Translations under genes and position numbers: made by a program
Shown here: one piece after another, positions 52,443 to 64,000 of the stretch
How the letters are laid out: every line of letters begins with the position of its first letter
Numbering within the stretch: position 1 is the stretch's first letter
The notes under the pieces: model-generated
What the model saw: only the letters and a program-made list of their open reading frames with translations
The model's database searches: none
What the model was told of the DNA's origin: nothing
Assembly (NCBI GenBank): GCA_043228905.1
Contig: JBHGNT010000004.1
Location: 12,834,001 to 12,898,000 of the forward strand
DNA: 64,000 nucleotides
Source of the DNA: Azolla caroliniana
Taxonomy: Eukaryota > Plantae > Polypodiophyta
Direction of reading: 5' to 3'

Positions 52443-54791
52443 TGTTACCCGTAGGATTGTACGAGGCGATATAAGGGTAAAATACGTTAAAGGGGTTGTC
52501 GTATTTGTGTAATGTATACGAGTGTGAGTGAGAATAAATATGTGTGTGAACACATGCACAATTATGTGCATGTGACAAGAATGTAACGGTCTTCTTTTTG
52601 TTAAGAGTCATGTTATCAGTTACATAATGTACTATGTGTCACTTCTTATTTCTCTCTTTGTTCTCTCTCCCTCCCTCCCTCCGAGGTAATCCCTCTTGGG
52701 AGGGGGGGTGGACCATTCTAGGCTTCACCCCTCACCCACCAACGCCATGCCATGGGAAACAACCCTCCCTTTAGAAGAAGTCATTGTCTCCCTCCCTCAC
52801 TCTCCCTCTCCATCACTAATCTCTTTCTCTCTCCCTCTCCCTCTCCCTCTCCCTCTCTGCCTCCCTCTCCATCACTAATATCTCCCTCTCTCCCTCTCTA
52901 CGTGTCTATCAATCAAAGAGTGGTTTTGTGCGTGGATTGTCTGTGTGGGAGCCAGCTGGCGATGGAGATCTCAACACTGCCTATGAAGCTTGACAAGCAA
53001 AGGAAATGGTTTGAATCACAGTCTCGTTGTGGAGTATGCCTTGAGAAGATGATTAGAGACACTATGCAACAATGCATAGTATACAAGGAACAAGCAAGAA
53101 TAAACCAAGATGCATGTGCTGCTCTGGTTGCAAGACTTGAGTTTCAAAGAAAGATTTGTGACCTAGATGAGGAAGAAGCTGAAGGGACTGACGAAAGAAG
53201 CACCCAAAAAGGTTATAGAGAACTAGTTTCAGGTTCTATTACACAAACCGGAGGAGATGGAGAGATGTCATAATGAAAATCTTCAGAGTATGAAAACATT
53301 GCACCATGAGTGAGTTTCTCGTGAAGAGAGGGAATACTGTCAATGGGATTCTCAAGAAACTCAGATTTAGCCAAGCTTAAGAATCAAGTGAGATGAGAGG
53401 AACGGTACCCTCTACCACAAGCAAGATCAAGACACAGTCACGAACAGCGGTGAACGAACGAACGCCGCCGGCACAGTCCGGCAGCCAGCCAGCAAGCAAC
53501 CGAAAAGGCTCGGCCGAGCCGACTGAGCGACGGCCTATGTCCGGTAGGGGTAGGGGTAGGGGTAGGGGTAGGGAGGGCCGGAAAGGCACGACCGAATAGA
53601 CGATCGTGATCGTGGCCAGCCGGCGAAGACCACCCGACAACATCGGCAGACAGTCACAGGCGTCGAACAAAGGGTCCCACAGGCGGCCGCCGGAACGAGC
53701 CGACAGCCGGCAGACGACGTCAGAGGTAGCCCACGGAGAGACGGCTATGGACAACCTACGAACCGAGACGGCCACAGACAGACAGATAGGAGGCGGGAGA
53801 AGAAGATGATCATTAGAGAAAGAAAAGGAAGAAAAAGATGACCATCACCACCGCCACCACAGAAGACAAAGACAAAGACAGAGGAGAGGGCATGATAGAA
53901 GAGAAGAAGAAGAGAAAGAACGCAGAAAAAGACACATACGAAGAAGAAGATATAAGAAATAAGGAGCAATCGAAATAGAGGAAAGAATTACAACAAAAAG
54001 GAAATCAAGGAAGCAGGAAGACGACAAAGAAGTGGAAGAAAACTACGAAAGATACACAGAGAAAAAGGAGTATAAAAAGAGAGAAGGGCATCAGATAAAA
54101 ATTACAATAACGCGAGGGCACGCAACCGAATTTCAAGAACCGAAGGGCAGCAACCGAAATTTTGAAAATGAAAGGGCCGAAAATCAAATTTCAAAAAAAT
54201 TGAGGGTAAAAAAATGAAAAAGAACAACGGGTACAAAATGTAAAACTCACTTCACATAACAAAAAACAAAAATACAGATACACACAACATAATGTTAAGG
54301 CTCATGCCACAATAGACGAGCCAATTGGTGTGTGATCCAATCAAGTGACATGCTGACCGAACAAGAAGGTTCAATCGAGTCAAGCAAAGCTCTGATCAAA
54401 GTTATTGATCGTAGAGTTGTGTTCTGGTCGAAGGATTTCCGACCGTTGAGACAATAAATGTAGTTCTGGTCACTAAGAGTTGTCGTGGCGAGTGGATTTA
54501 CCGTGCGATGCACTGACCCATAGGCGTGCCATGTGTTACCCGTAGGAGTGTACGGGGCGGTATAAGGGTAAAACACATTAAAGGGGTTGTCGTATTTGTG
54601 TAATGTATACGAGTGTGAGTGAGGATAAATGTGTATTATTAACCCTTTATGGGGCATGTAATGCAATAGAGATTTTTCCACTCTCATTTTGTGTCACTTC
54701 TTATTTCTCTCTTTCTTCTCTCTCCCTCACACGTAATCCCCCTTGGGAGGGGGGTGGAACCATTTTAGGCTTCACCCCCCACCCACCAACA
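52443..54791 (-). mobile_element. Non-autonomous LTR element copy B (2.35 kb) with a different cargo
   Basis: LTRs 52443-~52744 and ~54534-54791 (TGTTACCCGTAGG...CCACCAAC); TSD CTTTA/CTTTC; minus PBS TGGCACGCCTATGGG at ~54517-54531; 54190-54533 homologous to 46705-47038. Confidence 0.88.
52962..53273 (+). pseudogene. Probable captured host-gene fragment (coiled-coil-like protein)
   Basis: KQRKWFESQSRCGVCLEKMIRDTMQQCIVYKEQARINQDACAALVARLEFQRKICD is protein-like, has no TE motif and is absent from copy A. Confidence 0.5.
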
Positions 54792-55429
54792 CTTTCCATT
54801 AAACCTTCGTTTTGTGTTCTATTGTTATCCGGACTAGCTGGTTTGGTCTTCGCTTCCGCACATTATCTTTTACACTTTTTCGTTATTTTTTGGGCCAAGT
54901 TCAATGTGAACTTGGCCAACCCTAAATGGGTCATATAAAACATAAGTTAAAAACTTTTGGATCTCACTTCAAAGGTCAACTCCTCCAACTACTGCTCTCT
55001 CTATCTTTTCTACCATAGCTCCACTGTTGGATCTAAAGAGCCTATACTAGGGTGAATCCCGAGTATTCCTTAGCCATATTGACATAATTCCTAACCCTTA
55101 AACATCTTGTATTCCCAAGATGTGTAGTTGTTCTATCCAACTTTTTTGTCAGAAGAGCACCGTTGGGACCTATTCTTCTATCCATGTTCCTGGTCTTTTC
55201 TTTACCAGAACCCTATTGATAATTCGTGTCAGATGGCTAAGCCGGATGTAGAGGATTCTTCTCAACCCTCGCGCTTTGATACCATGTGAACAAAGTGATG
55301 CGGAAGCTTAACGATAGACATCGAGCACAACCGGCTTAGCCAGACAACAAAAAACAAAAAACAAAAGGTAAACACTGAGATAGATTCACTGTACGCAGAG
55401 GAGGGAGAGAACACAGAGAGAACAGAGAG

Positions 55430-55460
<31 letters not shown>

Positions 55461-55465
<5 letters not shown>

Positions 55466-58400
55466 AATATATATTAATGCCTTCTAAGGCCAAAATTGGC
55501 CCATGAGATAAATGGTTTACAACAAAAATGGGATATTTACCCATTCATCGAATGTAAAAAATAAAAATAAAAATAGAGTTTTAAGCTAAATAGTTCTAGT
55601 AAAATAACAAACATGTTCTACAATGAAAATGATGTTATACTAGGCCTAATTTCATTTCCATCCAAGTCTCTCGAAGAAAAGCGGGAGGTCAAAGGGTTTC
55701 GATGTGGATGTGGCCCATGGCCCCAATGTAAAAGGTACCCCAACCATAGCTTCTAGTCGACGTAGCTCACGTTCCCTTATCTTCTTAATCTTTTCTACTC
55801 CGTGTCGACTTGTTTTGAAGCCCAACATCCGAGGGCATTTGGTTGTTCTTTGCATTTCGCCTTCCTCAAGAGAGAGGCCGAGTGGCGTAAGTGTATCCAC
55901 ATTCATCGTCTCCCCTTGTTCTTGAAAATTTACACTAGTTATAAGTTGATGAATAGTAAAAGGGTTATGGTTAACACTTTGTAATTTATTCTCACTATGT
56001 TGTTTTAGTTCTAAGATATACTTACCTAGTCTCTGTACATCCGGGGTATCTAATAGTTTGGAGAGGGTGGGAGAGGGTCCTAATATGTCTTGGTATTCCA
56101 CTCGTATCTCGGCATAAGTTGGGCATTTGCATGTGAAGTGATACTCATCCTCTATCTCTATGTGGCACAACCTACATAGCCTTTCCTCCCTAGGGACTCT
56201 ATTAGCCCGACCATTCTCAATCTCAAGTTGGTGAGATGATATCTTAAGTTGTCCAATGGCCACCCTTAGTGCATTTGATAAGAATGTATCTAGATATCTT
56301 GGTTGTGTAATAAAACCTAACTAAGACAAGTGCAAGAAGTGTTCCTTATAGTACAACATTTTAGATGGGAGTGGCTCTCGTGGGGTGATCCATTTATATC
56401 GAGTGTAAATTTGCCATATTTCTTGGCGTATCATTTTATTACGGTTTTCATGAGATATTAGAGTTTGGATAGGGGGGCAGGTTATTAATGTCTATGCCGT
56501 TTGCAAGTAACCAACTCACCATAGTGTTATACCAAGTGCTAGTGTCTCCAGACGCATGTAGGGATCGAGATGCCTCAAAGGCTCGACGGGATATCCTATC
56601 TTGTGGTTCGCTATGTATCCGATGAATAAAAACTACCACTTGAAATAGTGCTTCTACTAACATCGGGGGCAAACTGAACTTTGCTCTAATAATGTCATGT
56701 GGTACTGTCAATTTGCTTTGGAGTTGACGTGATAACATTGTCACCAAAGGTCTCTCTAATTGCATCCACATGAAAGATGGTAGACCTGGAGCCCATACTA
56801 CGGATGCATACATGAGGGAAGGGGTCACTAATGAGTCGAAGAGCCATCCCTTAGTCCGTGGCTCTTGAAAGTATGCCTGGTGGCATTGTCTCTCTAAGAG
56901 TGAGAGGGATGCATAACCTCTCGTTAGCCTATCTTTGGTTGCCTGGGTGATCGAGAATTTACTTGAGCGAGCACTAAAAGTGACTCCCAAGTATACATAT
57001 GATCCAACTACCTCAACTAGTTTATGAGAGAGGATTAGGTGACATTTACTCCTAACTTGGAACGATGTATGAAAGATTCACCACCAGTCCTCGTTGTGTA
57101 CAAAAGTCATCTAGGGCATTAAGATGCTTTTGTAGGTCGTGTTCCAACTCTGAGAGCAAGACAATGTCGTTTGCGTAGAGTAAGAGATTAACTTGCATAT
57201 CCCCAATAGCTACTCCCTTGCCTCCCTTACAAGCAATAAAATTAGTGATCTCATCAATATAGATCCCAAAAAGAGTCGGTGATAGGGGGCAACCCTGTTT
57301 TACACCAATGGTGCGAGTGAAACAATCAGATAGACCACCTGGGCATCTTATGCACCCAGAGACTTGCTCATATAAGGCATAAATGGCCTAGATCATGTCA
57401 TTTGGTATCTCCAAGATCTTAAGTCTATCAAACAATTTCTCCCTAGGAAATGTGTCAAAGGCTTTGCGGAAGTCCACAAAGCAACGATATAGTTTCTTCT
57501 TGTTGAGCGGCAAGCTCAACTGGATCCAGATCGGCTGAATAAGCCTGAGCCGGATCGCCATCCGGAAGGATGAAGCCGGATCGGCGAGACAGATCGGCGA
57601 GCTGGTGAGCAATTGAGCCGGTGAGCTGGATCAAACAGTAACCGGAAGCCTAGTAGTAGCCTAGACTACTAGGTAGTTAATAGTCTCGTAGTTAATGTCA
57701 GACGCTCGTATGAGCATTGAAGTACACAGTACTTCTGTCAGTCCTCTTAGGACTTGTATAAATAGTGTTGTTGAGCACGTCTTATGTACAGAGAACCATT
57801 ATTGTTTGGTAATAGATTTAACTATTCTGCTCTTCCTCTGTCTCTCTCGCGTACTGTGTATATTCAAGCTTTCCATTAAACCTGCGTATTCGTATTTTTT
57901 GTGTTCGGTTTTCTATTGCTTCCGCACGCTATTCTTTTTATGGTATCAGAGCATGAGGGTTGAGAACCTTTGCAGCCAACTTTAGCTCAAGAAGAAAACC
58001 TAACCTTCGTAAAGAACAAAAAAAAACAAAATGGACAGAGGAATGGCTAGCTCGCTCCCGGTGGAGAAGCTCAACAGAACCAACTACGCATCTTAGTCTT
58101 ACAAGATGCACCAGTACTTGCTTGGGCATGGTTACTGGAGCTATGTCGATGGAGCTAACGACACAACACTTGATGCGACACACAAGGACTTCCCAGTGTG
58201 CGAACAAGCGGCAAGCAGAGTGATGTACTACTTTGCGTCAAGTGTTGGAGACCAGCTGCTAAGCCATATCGAAGATGCCAAGACACCAAAAGAAGCTTGG
58301 GGAAACCTGAAGAAGGTTTTCGCCACAAGCACAACGGCCAAGAAGTTGCAGCTCAGACAGAAGCTCAGCAATGTCCGACAAAAAAATCTGTCTGTGGCCG

Positions 58401-61400
58401 ATTACACGGCTCGAATCAAGGAAATTTGTGACTCACTGCCTCCATCAATGTGAACGTCGAGGAGGACGAGATGGTGCAAGTGTGCTTTGGTGGGCTAGCG
58501 TCCAGGTTCGGAGCTTTCCGAACGGCGGTCTGTACGAGGGAGAATACGCCGTCATTTTTCAACTTACAGTCGATGCTCCTTGTAGAGGAGAACCACGCCG
58601 GTGCGTCAACAAGTGCACCCACCGACAGCCAGATTCTGTACACGGAGGCGGATTGGCCCCATGGGCGTGGTGGACGAGGCTGGTTGGCTCGCAATGGTAG
58701 CGACTGGCAAGAACTAGACCGAAGGCACAAAGAACGTGCCGACAACAGTTCAGGACCCTCCACAAGCAGGGGGAGTCAAGGCGGCGTCGGAGGCCGACAA
58801 GCAAAGACCGACAAAGAATGTTGGTACTGTGGTAAAAAGGGCCACAGAGAAAGAGAGTGCTGGAAGAAGCGCGCCGATTCAGACAGATCTAGATCCGGCA
58901 AGGCTGGTAGAGAGAACCTGCAATACTCGCACTACACAGAAGGATCGGGAGGATCCAAAACTGGAAAAGCCGGTAAAGGGCCAACCTTGGTGATGAAACA
59001 CGAGGCTAACTCGATGAAGAAGACCACTTCCAAATCGGAGGAAGTGTGGTACGTTGATTCCGGTGAGTCGAATCACATGACGAGCCACAAAGAGTGGTTC
59101 TCCTTCTTGGAGAAACCGGAACAACCGGGAGTCATCGAAACAAGAGATGACACTCCTCACCCAATTGTGCATGTCGGAGAAGTCCCTTTGAGCCACGTCG
59201 GACAGAGGGGGAAGCTGATGAACGTATTACACGTTCCAACCATCACGAAGAACCTGGTGTTGGTTGGACAGATTGTCGACCAGGGGATGCAGGTATGGTT
59301 TACGCATCTAGGGTGCTTCATCGAGGAACAAGGCCAAATTATTGTGCAAGGGCGGAGAGATGGGAGGATGTTCATCCTCGACACCAATGATGTTGGCACC
59401 GCTATGTTCGCCAAAGGACATAAGATTGAATCGGATATCGATCTCTGGCACAAGCGGATTGGCCACGTCAATTATCGGAGGCTTCAAGACTTGCAAACGA
59501 AACATGTTGTTTTCGGTTTGCCGAAGTTTATTGGCTGGAAGGCCCAAGTATGTGAAGCCTGCCAACTCGGGAAGCAACACCGGCTTCCATTCCCCACCGA
59601 ACGAAACTATAGCCGTAACAAGCTCGACCTTATTCATTCAGATGTATGGGGACCGACACAGAACATGAGTCTTGGCGGGAGTCGATATTTCGTCTCCTCC
59701 ATCGACGACTACAGCCGACACACATGGATCTACCTCATTGAGCGGAAGAGCGAAGTCTTCGAGTGTTTCCAGAACCTGCAAAGGCTGGTTGAACGGGAAA
59801 CGGAGAGGAAGATCAAGTGCCCGCGGTTGGATGGCAGAAAAGAATATTTTTTCGGCCAATTCAACAATTATCTGCAGCAAAAAGGAATTCGGAGAGAGTT
59901 CAGCTGCAGATACACACCGGAGCAAAACGGTGTGGCCAAAAGGAAGAACCGGTCGATTGTCGACGCGGCAAGGGCAATGCTGGAGGAGAAGAGCATGCCC
60001 CATTTCTACTGGGCGGAGGTGGTCCGAACGTCCGTCAACATCCAAAACCGCATCGGTGACAAGGTGTCTGTGCATGAGCTGTATTTTGGACGCAAGCCGA
60101 ATTTGAGACACCTTCGGATATTCGGTAGTATTGCATATGTGCATGTGCCGGATGAGAAGCGGAGGAACTTGGATGCAAAGTCGGAGAAATGCATCCTAGT
60201 CGGTTACTCACATGAGCAAAAGGGGTATAAGTGTTATAACCCCCGGACGAAGTAGGTCCGAGTTAGCCGGGATGTTGAGTTTGATAAGACGTCATCATGG
60301 TATGTCTTACCGGCTTCGACTTCCGACCCCGACCCAATACCGGAGGATGATGCTAGTGTGTCTAAACCGGTCCAGATAGAAGATGAAGACCTCGACACTC
60401 TAGAAGACAGATTCGGAAGAACCGGATCAAGTCAAGGCCAAGAGGACGAGAAGGCAGCGGAAGTCAATGCCAGGGAATCGACAAATCGACAAGCCCCGAA
60501 GTCACAGCAGTGAGGGAGCTGAATTTGGCCTGTTGAGTAGACAAGCCGACCGAGGAGGTCGAGGTGCGCAGAATCAGAGGGGTCACGACAAACGGGACCG
60601 GACCGGACGAGGAGCGCAAGCGAGGCGGAGTGATGCTAGAAGGAGCCGGGTGGAAGGACCGGCTGCCATGGAGACTAACACCACGATCCGACCTCAAGTT
60701 GAGCTTGAGGGGGAGTGTTGAGCGGCAAGCTCAACCGGATCTGGATCGGCTGAATAAGCCTGAGCCGGATCGACATCCGGAAGGATGAAGCCGGATCGGC
60801 GAGACGGATCGGCGAGCTGGTGAGCAATTGAGCCGGTGAGCTGGGGAGCCGGTGAGCTGGATCAAACAGTAACCGGAAGCCTAGTAGTAGCCTAGACTAC
60901 TAGGTAGTTAATAGTCTCGTAGTTAATGTCAGACGCTCGTATGAGCATTGAAGTACACAATACTTCTGTCAGTCCTCTTAGGACTTGTTTAAATAGTGTT
61001 GTTGAGCACGTCTTATGTACAAAGAACCATTACTGTTTGGTAATAGATTTAACTATTCTGCTCTTCCTCTGTCTCTCTCGCGTACTGTGTATATTCAAGC
61101 TTTCCATTAAACCTGCGTATTCGTATTTTTTGTGTTCGGTTTTCTATTGCTTCCGCACGCTATTCTTTTCACTTCTTACGAGCCTTCATCTATTCAATTA
61201 CGCACCTAAGTGTGAAGATATGGTCAATAGTGGAGAAGGCTCGTCTAAAGCTAGCCTGCTCAGGTGCTCGAAGACTTAATGTTTTCATATAATCGCTGAG
61301 CTCCGCTTCCATTATTGCACCATATAGTTTAGCGAGCATATGACCTATCATAATGGACCTATATGTATTTGGGTCCATTGGGTCCCCTCCTTTATGTATA

Positions 61401-61730
61401 GGGGCCACTGTGTTCATGGTCCATTGTGGTGGAAAACTCTCGGCAAGGGCACGACTGAAGATTAGAGTGAGAAAGGGGGATAGGCACTCTTGAGTATATA
61501 TGATGTGCTCGGCTTGCAATCCTGTGTGGTCCATGGATTTCCTATGTTGTAATTTTTTTATGACCTTCTTGATCCTAGAGGTCGTGAAAAGTGTCCCCAT
61601 GGTAGGTCGGGGTGTGGAAGGCATTGGAATGGGTGGTTGGTTCGGGACATGGTAGAGTCTCTCGATATATGTGTGCCAAATATTGGGATCTTCGATGGGT
61701 GTCTGTGGTCGCGGTTCCTGTAGTCCCTTC
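55461..61730 (-). mobile_element. 5'-truncated RTE-like LINE (RT and C-terminal zinc finger), split by copia 57501-61171
   Basis: APIHKGGD..YRSIMIG, QASFRRAFSTIDH, FVDFRKAFD, GVKQGCPLSP, YLG, ERLCRLCHIEIEDEYHFTCKC; 3' end abuts (GA)n 55410-55460. Confidence 0.92.
57501..61171 (+). mobile_element. MDRG-family copia lacking RT-RH
   Basis: TSD CTTCT; LTRs 57501-57940 and 60716-61171; PBS 57941-57952; 601-aa gag-PR-IN ORF 58450-60255; deletion at ~60408. Confidence 0.95.
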
Positions 61731-62341
61731 CAGAGAGAGAGCAAAAAATACATAGAGAACTCAACTCAAGAAAATAACACTCTATATATACAATGTGCTC
61801 AATGGGCACTTTTTATACAAGCCCAGAAGAGTGGGTTGCACAAGTACTTTAATGCTCATTGACTGAGCCTAACACTAACAACCTACAATATTCCTATTTA
61901 CTAAAATAGGAATATAGGTCCCTAATGGCCTATTCGATTCCATTTGACTCGTCCTAGCCAAACTGTCTTCATCTGATCCGGCTCTCGGTTTCTTCAACCG
62001 ATCCAGCCCATGTTGAGCTTGCTTCTCAACAACCATCATGCTTAGTAGAAATCATCCCATCCCATGCACAAACTGATAAACAAAACCCCCTAATTGCAAA
62101 GCCGACCGCAGACCCAGTAATGCCTAACTAGCTAAACCTCATGTCTATGTTAACATTCATGGAACTTTCATTGAAGGACCCCAAAAAGAAAAAAGTGTTG
62201 TGTGGCGAGTATGCACAAGGGTGACACAAAGGCACTGCCCAGTTTTGGGTACCCAAACATTGTGGTATGTGCCTCTTAACCTTACCCTTGCCCAACCTGC
62301 ACCACCCTACAACGTTACTGTAAAGAATCGGATATGATTCT

Positions 62342-62680
62342 TGTGAAGCGGAAGAGATGTGAGTTATGTGTGTGTATGAGAGAGAGAGTGTGTGTGAGAG
62401 AGACAATGAGTAAGACACAGAGAATACACAAGGTAAAAGTGTATTAACAAAGGAGAAAGACTTAATGTTTTACAAAGAGGGAGGAGGGTGCTTTATATAG
62501 TCACCCTCTCTCTTCATTAACTACAAGATTCATGGAGCATGGGGAATGTGAAAGCTCATAAGTTATGTGTCATAGAATATGATTCTATGACTCATACTAA
62601 ATGCTAGAATACAAAGTGGTGACTTAATGGTGACTCTTGACGGTTGGAGTGTTTATTCACTCTCAAGGTGAGTTCACACA
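62342..62680 (-). mobile_element. Probable LTR related to 10679-11252
   Basis: TG...CA ends; shared GCTTTATAT..AGTCACC.TCTCTCTTCATTAA motif; no TSD. Confidence 0.45.
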
Positions 62681-64000
62681 CTAGACCAAGTTGAGCTTGA
62701 TTCTCAACACACCCCCTCAAGCTCAAGTCGGGTCGGTTTTAGACGGTATCCGAAATCTGCTTCGACTCGCGTTCCGGAGTCCGCGTCGACTCGCTTTATA
62801 TGGAATTGCGGAATCCGTGCTCCAACTTGCGTTGTTCATAGTTGCAAAGTCTGTGCTTCGGCTTGCGTCTTTCTTCACGGCTTCGTTGCGTGGTTGCAGA
62901 ATCCACGCGTTATTGCGTAGTGCGCGATTGCAGAATCTACGCGTTATTGTGTAGTGTCTTCAATACTCCCCCTCAAGCTTGGCAGGTCAGAGATCGTCAA
63001 TCCGAGATCGGTCTTGAATTGCCATAGCTTGTCGGCTCCTAAGGCTTTAGTGAAGATGTCGGCGGTTTGGAGATTTGTGCTAATGTGTTGTAGGTCGATA
63101 TCGCCAGCTAGAACGCGCTCTCTGATGAAGTGATAGTGCACTTCGATGTGCTTTGTTTGCGCATGGAACACCGGGTTCCGAGCCAGATAAATATTGCTCA
63201 TGTTGTCGCAGTAAAGGGAGGTTGGATCCTTGATGGGTATGCCCAGATCCTTGAGTATCCTTTTGAGCCATACGGCTTCATATGCGGCCACTATCGCGCT
63301 CCTGTATTCCGCCTCTGTGCTCGAAAGAGCGATAGTTGGTTGCTTTTTGCTGCTCCAGGAGATTGCTTTGCCACCGAGGAAGAAAACAAATCCAAAGGTT
63401 GATCTTTTATCGGCTATGTAGCCGGCCCAATCGGCCTCTGTGTACCCCTCGAGTCGTATTGGCATCGCGGTCTTGTAGAGGATGCCGCAATCCATTGTGC
63501 CGCTCACGTATCGTAGAACTCGCTTAGCGCAATCCAAGTGAGTATCACGCGGTGCTTGCATGAATTGGCTAAGGAGACCGACCGAATAATTGAGATCGGG
63601 TCGTGTGATCGTGAGGTAGATGAGACTCCCGATGAGTTGCAGATATTGAGTCGGCTCACACGCTTTGGTGCCGGAGTTCGCATCTAGTTTGAGATTGCGA
63701 TCGAGTGGGGTTGCCGCGGATTTTCACTCAACCATCCTGAACTTGTATAACAAGTTGAGGATGTAGTGCCGTTGAGAGATCATGATTCCGGTCGGAATCC
63801 GAATTACCTCGATGCCGAGGAAGTAGTGGAGCTCCTTCATGTCCATCATGTCAAACTTGTCAGAAAGGAGGGATTTGACCTTATTGATTTCGACGAGATG
63901 CTCACCTCCAATGACTAGGTCATCCACATATAAGATGATGACGATCGGACTTGCGGAATCGCTTCATATGTAGAGGGAGTTGTCCGAATTTGGCATACAG
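62681..64000 (-). mobile_element. Copia 3' part (RT-RH, two PPT-like tracts, start of 3' LTR); divergent relative of the MDRG family
   Basis: YVDDLVIG, HYFLGIEV, SSTEAEY, CDNMS, ADIFTK, PSLRG; LTR start TGTTGAG at 62709. Confidence 0.92.

Larger units (their letters stand above)
28438..54874 (+). mobile_element. Host MDRG-family copia (IN-RT 28438-30025; RT-RH and 3' region 50408-52055; 3' LTR 52056-52442 + 54797-54874) carrying nested inserts
   Basis: EEQVYMVHP|...RLKKSLYGLKQAP rejoins across TSD CATCC; the 3' LTR rejoins TCAAGCTTT|CCATTAAACC; no TSD with LTR 24511, so the link to that 5' part is uncertain. Confidence 0.85.
55255..62031 (-). mobile_element. MDRG-family copia 5' LTR + PBS, split by the RTE-like LINE
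   Basis: Minus PBS TGGTATCAAAGC at ~55274-55285; LTR halves 55286-~55410 and ~61731-62031 (ends CTTCTCAACA). Confidence 0.8.

Noticed and set aside
24511-54874. One intact copia from LTR 24511 to LTR 54874
   Set aside because: Flanks GAAGG and CTTTT do not match, the LTRs are quite divergent, and sequence is missing at 26370/28438

Overview
Gene-free, transposon-saturated eukaryotic DNA. The element mix suggests a large-genome non-seed land plant such as a fern (inference). There is no intact host gene. Contents: Tcn1-like Ty3/gypsy chromovirus relics, one with a Tf1-type self-priming signature; two L1 LINEs, one nested in the other; two RTE-like LINEs sitting in (TC)n tracts and sharing a covarying 3' hairpin; an unclassified ~3.85-kb TIR element carrying an array of palindromes; one very young Tnt1/Tork-like copia with 601-bp near-identical LTRs and one premature stop; many deleted copies of a second copia family nested up to four levels deep; and three tRNA-like relics. 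The most notable finding is two copies of a non-autonomous LTR element (30026-50402 with nested inserts, and 52443-54791). They share LTRs, an Arg-type PBS and a non-coding scaffold, but each carries a different host-gene-like fragment at the same position (a cytosolic HSP90 piece in one, a coiled-coil protein piece in the other), like a 'Pack' LTR element. All coordinates and identities were read by eye; no alignments or database searches were run.
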